A DNA stretch of 64,000 nt, taken from the IMG/VR virus record IMGVR_UViG_3300009157_000020; one strand, 5' to 3'. Position 1 is the stretch's first letter. Every line of letters starts with the position of its first letter. Positions 56,004 through 64,000 of this stretch are shown one piece after another. A model generated the notes under the pieces. The model searched no databases. It was not told the origin of the DNA and saw only the letters and a list, made by a program, of their open reading frames with translations. Source of the stretch: an uncultured virus (IMG/VR IMGVR_UViG_3300009157_000020). Lineage: Duplodnaviria; Heunggongvirae; Uroviricota; Caudoviricetes. Made by a program: the position numbers and the translations under genes.

Positions 56004-58346
56004 TCACTCCCGCACGAGCACGAGTCTCGTCTTCGCCCGAGTCACGGCCACGTACGCCAGATTGTGCTCCTGCTGCAGCATCCACGCCTGCTTAGCCTCC
56101 GCTTCGAAGAGGCGTTTGGGTTCGAGGATGAACACGGTACCCGCTTCGAGGCCCTTGGCCTTGTGCACCGAGCTGAAGACGACGCTCGACCGCTTGTCGT
56201 TGAACAACGCCTTGATCGTCTCACGCAGCTCATCGAAGCTGCCAACATCCGAGCAGTCGTAGATGACCTTCACGCACTCGACCTGGTCGTTGAGTGATGT
56301 GACGGCTTCCTTGACCGCGTCCTCGTCTTCGTTGGTGGTCCGGATCCTCGCTTCTTCTTGTTCGCGCCAGCGCTCCAAGCCGTCGAAGAGTTGGTCGAAC
56401 GACCGCGTCTTGTACTGCACCATGTAGACGATGTCGGCGAGGGCTTCACCGATCTCACTGCCGAGCACGGTGGATGAGATGCCTCGGCGGATCAACGCGA
56501 AGCACGTGCGCACGAGCGGGGCGTTGACGCGGCAGAGCACCATGTCACCTTCAGCGACCTGCTCGAAGAAGTCATCGTACGATACTTCGTCCACGCTTCC
56601 CTCCGGCGCACCTGGTGCGGCCTCGATGTTGGGGCAGTACATCTGAGCGCGCTCGATGATGGACGTGGCGCAGCGGTAGCAGACCGACAGCGGGAGGTGG
56701 TTGTCGACGTTGTCGACGATGTTCTGGAAGCTCTGGTAGTCCGAGCCCGCGAAGCCAAAGACCGCTTGGCAATTGTGCGTGAGCAGCCCATCTGCGACGT
56801 AGAGCTCGTACTTGTCGACGTCCATCGAGTAGACAAATCCCTTGTATGTCTCGCGAGACACCTCTGCTCGGCACCACTGCTTCACGGTGTATTGAGTCTT
56901 GCTTCTGTTCTCGTACATCAACAGTTCTACGCCGTCGATCAAGTTAGCTGCACGAATCACGATCGGTCTTTTCAAAGAATATTGTCGTCCGTCACGTCCA
57001 GTCAAAGCGTGGTCACGTTTCTGTTCCGATTTCGTAAAATCGAACAGTGGGTACTGGAGCACTTGCCCAACACTGCGAAGAAGTTCTTCAGCACGAGTCT
57101 CGTTAGCTCCAATACCTTCCCACATGCGATCTAGAATCGCTCCGTACTTCTCGGTGTTGTACGTGGTGTCCTCGAAGCGAAGCTGTGGGATGCCGAACTT
57201 CCCGGAAAAGATCTGCTCTGTCTCCCACGCTTCAAGTTTCGTCTCGAACACTCGAAGGATCCATAGAGCGTCAGCTCTTTCAGAACGAGCTCGCGCGACC
57301 GGCCCGCTACTAGCACCGTAGTCCATGCTGCACTTCCCTACCCGGAACTGATCGCCGCGACGCTGCAAATAGACGCACCACTTCCCTCGAAGCCCCGAGA
57401 ACCGCACCACACACCGATGGTTCGGCGTGTAGCGACTGACGCGATCACCTACGCGAACCACGATCATGTCCCCCGAGTAGCGGCGTTTGGTGATCCCCTT
57501 CACTCGCTTGCCCTTCTGGATGAAGGCGGACGAGGCCATGTCGCATGACACGACGAGATCTCCTTTGCGAAGCTTTTCGATCGGAACATCTCCAGCGGGG
57601 GTTGCGACCATCGTCCCTGGAGGTTGACAGGGATCTCCGACGAAGATCGCCCGACCACCAGTTGCGAGACTCGCCCGCGCGATGTAGTGCTGCGCTCGGT
57701 TCAAGTCTTGGCACTCGTCGATGAAGACCCACGGGAACTCCCGCACCGCGAGCTTCTGCGAACCTGTCAGCCACACCATGTCGGGGTAGTCGACGACATC
57801 CCAGTTGTCGTGGCCCCACTCTGCGAGCTTGAGGATGATGCTGGCGAAATCGTGACTCCCGGCGCTGTAGATGAGGCTGTGGTGCTTGGCGAGCGCGACG
57901 ATCTTCGAGCGGTAGTTCGGGCTGCCGAAGTCCATCAAGTTGAGCCGCGCCAACGTGAAGAGGCGCATGAGCGGCTTGAGGACCTCATACTTGCGGATCC
58001 CGAGCCGCTCCTTGAGGAAGCTCCAGTACTTCCCCTTGTTGAGCGTCGAGCCGCCCGATGCATCACGGACAGCCTCGAAGCCGACCGAGTACGTGCTGCG
58101 CACGAAGACGTTGCGCAGGTGCTTGAGGCGAGCGTCGAGCTCTCCCGTGATGGCGCGGCTGAACGAGGAGTAGAGCGCTTCTTTGCGCAGCAGACCAGCA
58201 CACGCAACGATACTGGTTGTTTTTCCACTGCCTGCAACTGCTTCGATGATCGCGCTGCCTTGACCCTTCTGGATGAACTCGAAGATGGCGTTCTGGTAGT
58301 GTGATGGCTCGTAGCTGAGTCGAAGCTGGCGTCGGAAGTTGGGCAT
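56004..58346 (-). CDS. UvrD/Rep-like superfamily 1 helicase containing an intein
   Basis: AVAGSGKTT, IDECQD, VGDP, YRC, SVHKAKGLE, YVAVTRAK. Confidence 0.93.
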   Translation of the reverse strand: MPNFRRQLRLSYEPSHYQNAIFEFIQKGQGSAIIEAVAGSGKTTSIVACAGLLRKEALYSSFSRAITGELDARLKHLRNVFVRSTYSVGFEAVRDASGGSTLNKGKYWSFLKERLGIRKYEVLKPLMRLFTLARLNLMDFGSPNYRSKIVALAKHHSLIYSAGSHDFASIILKLAEWGHDNWDVVDYPDMVWLTGSQKLAVREFPWVFIDECQDLNRAQHYIARASLATGGRAIFVGDPCQPPGTMVATPAGDVPIEKLRKGDLVVSCDMASSAFIQKGKRVKGITKRRYSGDMIVVRVGDRVSRYTPNHRCVVRFSGLRGKWCVYLQRRGDQFRVGKCSMDYGASSGPVARARSERADALWILRVFETKLEAWETEQIFSGKFGIPQLRFEDTTYNTEKYGAILDRMWEGIGANETRAEELLRSVGQVLQYPLFDFTKSEQKRDHALTGRDGRQYSLKRPIVIRAANLIDGVELLMYENRSKTQYTVKQWCRAEVSRETYKGFVYSMDVDKYELYVADGLLTHNCQAVFGFAGSDYQSFQNIVDNVDNHLPLSVCYRCATSIIERAQMYCPNIEAAPGAPEGSVDEVSYDDFFEQVAEGDMVLCRVNAPLVRTCFALIRRGISSTVLGSEIGEALADIVYMVQYKTRSFDQLFDGLERWREQEEARIRTTNEDEDAVKEAVTSLNDQVECVKVIYDCSDVGSFDELRETIKALFNDKRSSVVFSSVHKAKGLEAGTVFILEPKRLFEAEAKQAWMLQQEHNLAYVAVTRAKTRLVLVRE
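56772..57629 (-). mobile_element. intein (286 aa) with putative GIY-YIG-like homing domain
   Basis: Starts CQPPGTMV, block B TPNH, ends VYSMDV...YVADGLLTHN/C; removal restores motif III VGDP-C-QAVFGFAG. Confidence 0.9.
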
Positions 58347-58370
58347 CGCGCAGAAATCGTTTCCGCGACG

Positions 58371-58400
58371 AAGCTACCAGAAAAGTGCTCGGCGATCTAC
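58371..58400 (-). promoter_or_regulatory. repeated promoter-like motif
   Basis: GTAGATCGCCGAGCACTTTTCTGGTAGCTT upstream of the helicase. Confidence 0.65.
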
Positions 58401-58921
58401 ACTGGGCTCCATGGGCTCCACTGCTTCTCGTGACCTCGAAACACCACCAAGGCCAACGCCAACGCGTTCCCACGTTCGCGATGGCGAACGCCGAGGTGAC
58501 TTGTTGAGGTTGGAAGAAGAGATCTCCACTCGGATGCAGATACTCTGGTGCTCGATGCTCAACACGTGACGCCCCCGACACTCGACACGCGACGCTCGAA
58601 CAGCCCCACGAAACGAACCGTTTTAGAGGTATGTAGAGATAACTCTTGCGTCGACGCGCAAGTTGATCAACGCTCCACCCAGTTCTAGAACATGTGAAGA
58701 GATAACTTTCCAAGTCTTTGAAACCATTCAATTCACCTGTTATCGCCGCATCTGAATTCCCGCAGTTCTACTAAGGTGGAAGAAAAAATTTCTCTTCTTC
58801 AATTTTTCTACCAGTTTGCCGGGTATCACTGACTATGTATGTAGAAGAAACACTAGAAGATAAGGATTTCAAGAAGTTGGCGAGTTATCGCTTCACATAT
58901 TTTTCCCCCGAGGGCTTTTTG

Positions 58922-59539
58922 ATGCTCACGAAAGCACAAGCGCAGCAACGTCTCGGCTCGTTCTACCTCAGCATCTGGTTGCGTCTCGACGAGAACGGGG
59001 TGCTCAGTCTCGCCGAGCTTGCGAAGGTGTTGCCTCCGACACACGAGACACGTCGACTCGGGCATCGGATGCGCCTCGCTAATGCCTGTCATGACATGGC
59101 GACCAAGCGGCAGATCTACCGCGTCGGTCGTGGCCAATACGCGACAGCTCTGCAGACCAAACGACGACCGGAGCACTACACGTTCAAGGAGCAGTTGGCT
59201 CAGTACATCGAGCAACACGGTCGCGTGCAACTTCAGCAGATCGTCGCCGCCTGCGAAGCGATCGACAAGAGCCCGAGAGCTGTTCGCTCAGCACTCGAAC
59301 GACTTCGCAAACAAGGCCACATCAGCAAGGACGGCATGTACTGGTGCTGGATGGGTAACGTCGTGCAGCTCGCTCGACCTGCGAAGAAAACTATCGACGC
59401 GCACCGCAAGAAGCACTGGCCCGCAAAACCAGAGAGCGACGATGACCCCGAGACGTGGGACGACGATGACGACCGCTGGGATTGCAACGGCGAAGCGGAC
59501 GAAGCACTTGACGCGGAGGTGGCTTCCGATCAAGAGTGA
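58922..59539 (+). CDS. tandem winged-helix DNA-binding protein with acidic tail
   Basis: Two wHTH-like units (QIYRVGRGQY; AVRSALERLRKQGHI); frame open from 58835. Confidence 0.65.
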   Translation: MLTKAQAQQRLGSFYLSIWLRLDENGVLSLAELAKVLPPTHETRRLGHRMRLANACHDMATKRQIYRVGRGQYATALQTKRRPEHYTFKEQLAQYIEQHGRVQLQQIVAACEAIDKSPRAVRSALERLRKQGHISKDGMYWCWMGNVVQLARPAKKTIDAHRKKHWPAKPESDDDPETWDDDDDRWDCNGEADEALDAEVASDQE

Positions 59540-59675
59540 CGGAGCCCGAAAGAGGAGCCCGTGTTCGCACGGTGGGCCTCGACTAGGACCCGACGTTGGT
59601 ACGGCTGAGGTTTGGAGTCGCGCGTCGGGAGAAAGCGGTCCAGAGCCTCGCCGCTTTCACCTGAACGAACACGAG

Positions 59676-59978
59676 ATGTGCACGATGACCACGATGACGA
59701 AGATCAAGACGACCGAGCACGCACGGCACATCGAAGAGATGCACGGCTACGACAAGGAGGCGTTCTTGCGAGCACGAGGTTGGAAGCACACGTGCGAAGC
59801 ACCGGGTTCGTACTGGCTGTGGCAGCGCACGTGGAACGACCGCGTCATCTTGGTGGACCGCGACACGGCCATGAACATGGAAGCGTACTTCGAAGCCGAC
59901 CGGTGCACGTGCACGGAAGAGAACACGGAGCCCGACAGCGGCTCGCACGCGACGAGCTGCCCGCTCTACTTCGAGTGA
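59676..59978 (+). CDS. hypothetical protein
   Basis: About 100 aa, FLRARGW...WLW; start uncertain. Confidence 0.55.
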   Translation: MCTMTTMTKIKTTEHARHIEEMHGYDKEAFLRARGWKHTCEAPGSYWLWQRTWNDRVILVDRDTAMNMEAYFEADRCTCTEENTEPDSGSHATSCPLYFE

Positions 59979-60069
59979 CGACCCATGGACGACCCGTGTA
60001 CTTGTCCGGAGCTCTGCATCATCACGGCCTCGCCGCATCCGGACTGTCCGGTTCACGGCGAGCCCGCTG

Positions 60070-60354
60070 ATGAACGTGAACGCAGACGACAAGAAGAGGA
60101 CGAGATCGTCGATCGCCTCATCGAGGATGCTCAACGGCGGCAAGGGTGGTGACGTCGTGGGCGACATGCAACGAAGAGCGCGTCAACTCCAGCTGCGTGC
60201 TGAACAGCTGGAAGAGCTCGCTTTCGATTTTCAGCGTCGTGGAGATTCTGCCGCTGCATATGCTTGCTTCGTTCGTGCAGATGAGCTCTTCGACGAAGCC
60301 ATCAGGACCGCGGTGACACCTAGGCGTTCGCCTTCACGGTCAATGAGTTCGTGA
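60070..60354 (+). CDS. hypothetical protein
   Basis: 94 aa ORF. Confidence 0.5.
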   Translation: MNVNADDKKRTRSSIASSRMLNGGKGGDVVGDMQRRARQLQLRAEQLEELAFDFQRRGDSAAAYACFVRADELFDEAIRTAVTPRRSPSRSMSS

Positions 60355-60386
60355 ACGCGTAGGCCCGGGTGGTGCTCTGGAACTTC

Positions 60387-60413
60387 GAGCACTTTTCTGG
60401 TAGAAATCGTTTC
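60387..60413 (+). promoter_or_regulatory. repeated promoter-like motif overlapped by GAAATCGTTTC
   Basis: GAGCACTTTTCTGGTAGAAATCGTTTC immediately before a GTG. Confidence 0.65.
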
Positions 60414-60731
60414 GTGGACGGCCGCACGCTCATCGAAGCTCTTCGACAAGAACCGATCCCCGAAAACTGGGACCCTGCCTCGGGTGGCGCGTACATCCGG
60501 GAGCTCTGGGCTCCCAACGCCGCCGAGGCCAACGACCTCAACAAGCTCTTGCTCGACAACGTCGAGGTTCGTGCCGCCGCGTTCGAAGAAGCTGCCACCA
60601 TCGTAGAACAGATGGCGGCGGAAGAAGCTGCGGCGAAGTCTCAGCGCATGAGCCCGCTCGCGCTTCCCAATCTCATCGCGATGCGGTTTCGGCAGATCGC
60701 GAGAAAACTTCGAGCGAGGCACAGCCCGTGA
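60414..60731 (+). CDS. hypothetical protein
   Basis: 105 aa starting right after the promoter motif. Confidence 0.6.
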   Translation: MDGRTLIEALRQEPIPENWDPASGGAYIRELWAPNAAEANDLNKLLLDNVEVRAAAFEEAATIVEQMAAEEAAAKSQRMSPLALPNLIAMRFRQIARKLRARHSP

Positions 60732-61126
60732 TCCGCAGCGAACCGTACATCGAGCATTGGGCTACGGCAGAAGAGCTCGCGAGGTCGATGGGCACCGTGC
60801 TGGGTGCTGACGTCGTCGAGTACTCGGAGCAAGTGTTCGACGGGTACGTCGCTGCAGGAGCGTTGCGAAAGCGCGTGCGATCTGATGGTCGAGCCGAGTA
60901 CTGCAACTACCCACCAGAGTTTCACCCGTTCCCGTATCGCGGCGGGTTCGTTCGAGCAGACATGCGCCCGAGCAAGATCGGCGACCAGTACGTGCAGTAC
61001 GAAGACTACCAGCCCACGTGGCTCTTCATTCCCGACGACTGGCGCGCGGACATCGACCTACCGCCGCTGCGGGACTACACGGTTCGCGTGACGACTGAAG
61101 ACGGGGACGTGCTCTTCGAGCGGTAG
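60728..61126 (+). CDS. hypothetical protein
   Basis: 132 aa, GTGA overlap. Confidence 0.65.
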   Translation: MIRSEPYIEHWATAEELARSMGTVLGADVVEYSEQVFDGYVAAGALRKRVRSDGRAEYCNYPPEFHPFPYRGGFVRADMRPSKIGDQYVQYEDYQPTWLFIPDDWRADIDLPPLRDYTVRVTTEDGDVLFER

Positions 61127-61152
61127 ATCGTCGAGCACTTTTCCGGTAGAAC
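61124..61152 (+). promoter_or_regulatory. repeated promoter-like motif
   Basis: TAGATCGTCGAGCACTTTTCCGGTAGAAC. Confidence 0.65.
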
Positions 61153-61158
61153 TGACCG

Positions 61159-61473
61159 GTGGTCCACGCCATCTACGCCGTCGTCACACTTGCTGCGCTT
61201 CTGCTTGGTGGCTATCTCGGTCATCGTTTCGCGTTGATGGCCACGGTCAAGATCTTGCGTCGAAGTTTCAGTGCCGGCGGTGCTCAGCCGATGGTGCAGA
61301 TCCACACGCTCGCTCGCGTCCGCGATCGTCTCCTCAACGGCGAAGACGTGTCTGCGTATATCGAGTTGGAATTGGATCGACTCACAGCGCTCGCCCATGC
61401 TGTCACCCAGGGCACTGCCAAGGAGTTTGCGGATGAACTCTTGGGTGATGAAGACGCGGACGGGCCGTCGTGA
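61159..61473 (+). CDS. membrane-anchored hypothetical protein
   Basis: N-terminal TM segment. Confidence 0.6.
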   Translation: MVHAIYAVVTLAALLLGGYLGHRFALMATVKILRRSFSAGGAQPMVQIHTLARVRDRLLNGEDVSAYIELELDRLTALAHAVTQGTAKEFADELLGDEDADGPS

Positions 61474-61805
61474 GTTTCGACGAGGGCGGTTTTGCGCAAC
61501 GAGCATGGGAGTGGTTGCGCTACGACGTGTTCACGAAGATCTTCCCTCCGCGTTGTCGAAACTGCCGTTGTCAGTTTCGCAAAGCGGACGGTTGCATCCC
61601 AGTGCCTGTACGCGGCTTGAAGCCGATTGCGTATGGGTCCGAAACCTGGGACTACTTGTTGCCAGAAGAACTCTTGCCGCGGTGTGCTGACTGCAACGCC
61701 AAGCTCGGTTGCTTCCACCATCCTGGCTGCGACAAGGAACAGTGCCCGCGCTGCGAAGGCCAGGTCATTTCGTGCGGCTGTCTAGACCTACAGATCGTGG
61801 AGTAG
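61470..61805 (+). CDS. Cys-rich zinc-binding phage protein
   Basis: CADC..KLGCFHHPGCDKEQCPRCEGQVISCGC. Confidence 0.75.
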   Translation: MSFDEGGFAQRAWEWLRYDVFTKIFPPRCRNCRCQFRKADGCIPVPVRGLKPIAYGSETWDYLLPEELLPRCADCNAKLGCFHHPGCDKEQCPRCEGQVISCGCLDLQIVE

Positions 61806-61838
61806 ATCGCCGAGTACTTTTCTGGTAGAAACGATTTC
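61803..61838 (+). promoter_or_regulatory. repeated promoter-like motif overlapped by GAAACGATTTC
   Basis: TAGATCGCCGAGTACTTTTCTGGTAGAAACGATTTC. Confidence 0.65.
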
Positions 61839-61839
61839 T

Positions 61840-62124
61840 GTGACAGAGCTGACTCCTGCAACTGCAAGTTCCATGGTCCCAAGAGATGGTGACCAAGCTC
61901 TTCTCGTGTCCATCACGGCGGCTGTAGTCGCATCGATGGACGGAACGTTGACCATCTTGCCGGATGTCTCGCTCGAACTTCGGCAAGCGGCGATCGACGG
62001 CTACCACGTCGGTTTGAAGTACGAGCTCGTGCGGCCTCCTGCATGGTGGAAGCGCTTACCTGGCATCCGCCGATGGTTCCCGATGCGCGCTACACTTCAT
62101 CCTCGAAGGGATGAAACTCCGTGA
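61840..62124 (+). CDS. hypothetical protein
   Basis: 94 aa starting right after the promoter motif. Confidence 0.6.
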   Translation: MTELTPATASSMVPRDGDQALLVSITAAVVASMDGTLTILPDVSLELRQAAIDGYHVGLKYELVRPPAWWKRLPGIRRWFPMRATLHPRRDETP

Positions 62125-62387
62125 CCGAGCACGAACACGAAATCGACGAGCGAGATCAAGAAGCTGAAGCGACAGAGCACTTCAAGCGACTGTTCTACGG
62201 CTTCTTGGCGATCATCACGTCCGAGTTCGGATCGCGACGCGTCATATCGGAGTTGGAGTTTATCGTAGAGCACCCCGAGGTCTTGACCAACTGGGAGCGG
62301 AGCAAAGAAGATCTTCGTGTTGCGGTCGAAGAGATCATGACGCCGATGGTCGACGAGATGCGGCAGAAGGCCGAGAACCAGGACTGA
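62121..62387 (+). CDS. acidic hypothetical protein
   Basis: 88 aa, GTGA overlap. Confidence 0.6.
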   Translation: MTEHEHEIDERDQEAEATEHFKRLFYGFLAIITSEFGSRRVISELEFIVEHPEVLTNWERSKEDLRVAVEEIMTPMVDEMRQKAENQD

Positions 62388-62392
62388 ACTGT

Positions 62393-62758
62393 ATGAGCAT
62401 CGTAGTCGCAACTGGAGGTCGGGCGTACGAAGGGGACGCTGAGGCTGAAGATCAGTTCAAGAAAGTCCTGCAGCTGGTTGATGCGCAGGTACTTCGGCAT
62501 GGAGGCTGCTCCGGAGCAGACGAGTTCGCAGACGATGTCGCGCGACGCATGCGTCTCATCGTAGAGATTTACGAAGCAGACTGGAGCACATACGGTCGTG
62601 CTGCCGGGCCTATCCGCAACCGAACGATGGTGAATGGAGCTGATGTCCTCATCGCGATGCCCGGTGGTAGAGGTACTGCTGACTGCATCCGAGCAGCGAA
62701 GAAGGCTGGTTTGGAAGTGTTTCACATCGGCGAACCCAAGCCAGGAGCTGGGCCATGA
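62393..62758 (+). CDS. SLOG-family (YspA/DUF2493-like) protein
   Basis: VATGGR, HGGCSGAD, ADWSTYGRAAGPIRN, MPGGRGT. Confidence 0.88.
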   Translation: MSIVVATGGRAYEGDAEAEDQFKKVLQLVDAQVLRHGGCSGADEFADDVARRMRLIVEIYEADWSTYGRAAGPIRNRTMVNGADVLIAMPGGRGTADCIRAAKKAGLEVFHIGEPKPGAGP

Positions 62759-63273
62759 GCGGCGTGTTCATCTGCGGCGAGTGCCGCTCGACCGTGTTCG
62801 AGCCGGCCAAGGGTGGCGGTTGTCCGTGTTGTGGCTATCGGACACCGAAGGTGGTGACGAAGGTGCAGGAGAACTTCAGTCCGTCGAAGCAGAAACTGGT
62901 CGACGGTAGTCATGAGCGCATGCTCTGTCCGCTGTGCTGCGTCCCGTTCCAGGTGCAGGAGGACGGACGTCTCGGCTGTTCCTCGTGCAGCATTGTTCTG
63001 CACTCGACGTTGACGTTGTCTACAGATGAGACTGGACGGATCACAGGGATCGAAGATGAGGACACCCGGTCCGAACCGAAGTCCGAGTACACGCCGTCCA
63101 TCGCTGCGCAGATCAGCGCAGAGAATCAAGAACGTCGACGACAAGGGAACGCCATCGAGGGCACGCACTACGGCGAGCAGCGCATCAGCAACCGACGAGA
63201 CTGCCCCGCTTGCGGTGGAACGAGCGACACGTGCTCGACGTGTTTCGACTTTCGCGGAGATCCAATGGGATGA
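62755..63273 (+). CDS. multi zinc-ribbon protein
   Basis: Three pairs of CxxC motifs. Confidence 0.65.
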   Translation: MSGVFICGECRSTVFEPAKGGGCPCCGYRTPKVVTKVQENFSPSKQKLVDGSHERMLCPLCCVPFQVQEDGRLGCSSCSIVLHSTLTLSTDETGRITGIEDEDTRSEPKSEYTPSIAAQISAENQERRRQGNAIEGTHYGEQRISNRRDCPACGGTSDTCSTCFDFRGDPMG

Positions 63274-64000
63274 ATGTACGAGACGAGAGTGAACCGCCCG
63301 AGCGGTATGTTGGTGAACCTGAGGCGTGTGAAGACTGCGGTCGAACTGACGCGCACCCGCTCATCTGCGCCATCACGTACGTGTGCTCGGATTGCTGCGA
63401 CGATCCTCCGTTCACACACCCACCACGCGACGCGGCCCCACCCACGGGTGCCGCCGAGCGTGATGAGACGGAAGGCCAGCGCGCGACCCGGCACGCATGG
63501 GAGTACGCGCTCAACGTGAAGCCACCGGGTGCCGCCGAGGACCAACCCTCGGAGTCTGTGTGTCCGTCGCCCGACTGCATGATGTGCAGCGGCGAAGCCT
63601 GCAACAAGTGCGGCGCCGGATGCTGGTCGAAGCGTCGCGACTGCGAGCACGACTCCGCGGAGCGCCACGAGGAGCCGGTTCCGCACGACGGCATCACCGC
63701 TCCTCTCCGAGCCGAGGTCGCCCGTGTACAGGAGGAGTTGAGCCGTGCGAACGGCGAACTGCAACTTGTGTACTCGCATGTGACGAGCACCGGGCACCGC
63801 GGACTGCGTGTAGAAAACGGTCGCTCGTCCGAGGCCGTGATCGCCCTGATCAAGGAGTGCGCCATCGAAACCTCCACGCTCCGAGCCGAGGTCGAGCGCC
63901 TCACCAGGGAGCTGACTGGGCAGGCCATCGTCGCTGAGACCCTCGGCATCGCGCTCGCTGCTATGGAGAACGACCGCAACGCGTGGAAGTTCACGGCGCG
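63270..64000 (+). CDS. Cys-rich/coiled-coil hypothetical protein, truncated at window end
   Basis: Frame from ATG 63270 (MNVRDESEPP...) stays open to the end; CxxC clusters and LRAEV repeats. Confidence 0.6.
   Translation, partial: MNVRDESEPPERYVGEPEACEDCGRTDAHPLICAITYVCSDCCDDPPFTHPPRDAAPPTGAAERDETEGQRATRHAWEYALNVKPPGAAEDQPSESVCPSPDCMMCSGEACNKCGAGCWSKRRDCEHDSAERHEEPVPHDGITAPLRAEVARVQEELSRANGELQLVYSHVTSTGHRGLRVENGRSSEAVIALIKECAIETSTLRAEVERLTRELTGQAIVAETLGIALAAMENDRNAWKFTA

Overview
A 64-kb segment of a large, GC-rich bacterial virus or phage-plasmid-like element. No host housekeeping synteny is visible and no capsid, portal or terminase gene can be recognised here. Ser/Thr- and Cys-rich lipoproteins hint at a myxobacterial host (inference). 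From left to right: a ParB-like gene, tRNAs and a Cre-like tyrosine recombinase beside a long inverted repeat (0.2-2.9 kb); accessory genes including a cyclase-family lipoprotein, an amidase-like lysin, a Pth2-like gene, degenerate tRNAs, and kinase-like and GNAT-like genes (3-12.6 kb); membrane-anchored proteins and M23 peptidases; a 12-kb glycosyl/methyltransferase cluster with gmd (18.4-30.4 kb); a ~470-nt structured non-coding region followed by small ORFs separated by seven copies of a conserved hairpin element (33.1-37 kb); AAA ATPase plus VWA/metallopeptidase; a replication module (Orn, PolA, SSB-like, SF2 helicase, PD-(D/E)XK nuclease, primase-helicase, intein-containing UvrD-like helicase); and small genes behind a repeated promoter-like motif. 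The most striking unexplained signals are the integron-like hairpin/ORF cassette array with its upstream large RNA, a shared C-terminal LK(A/H)(K/R)LLR peptide on four unrelated proteins, and a dispersed 11-bp quasi-palindrome (GAAATCGTTTC, at least 12 exact copies). All product calls come from motifs recognised by eye, not from database searches.
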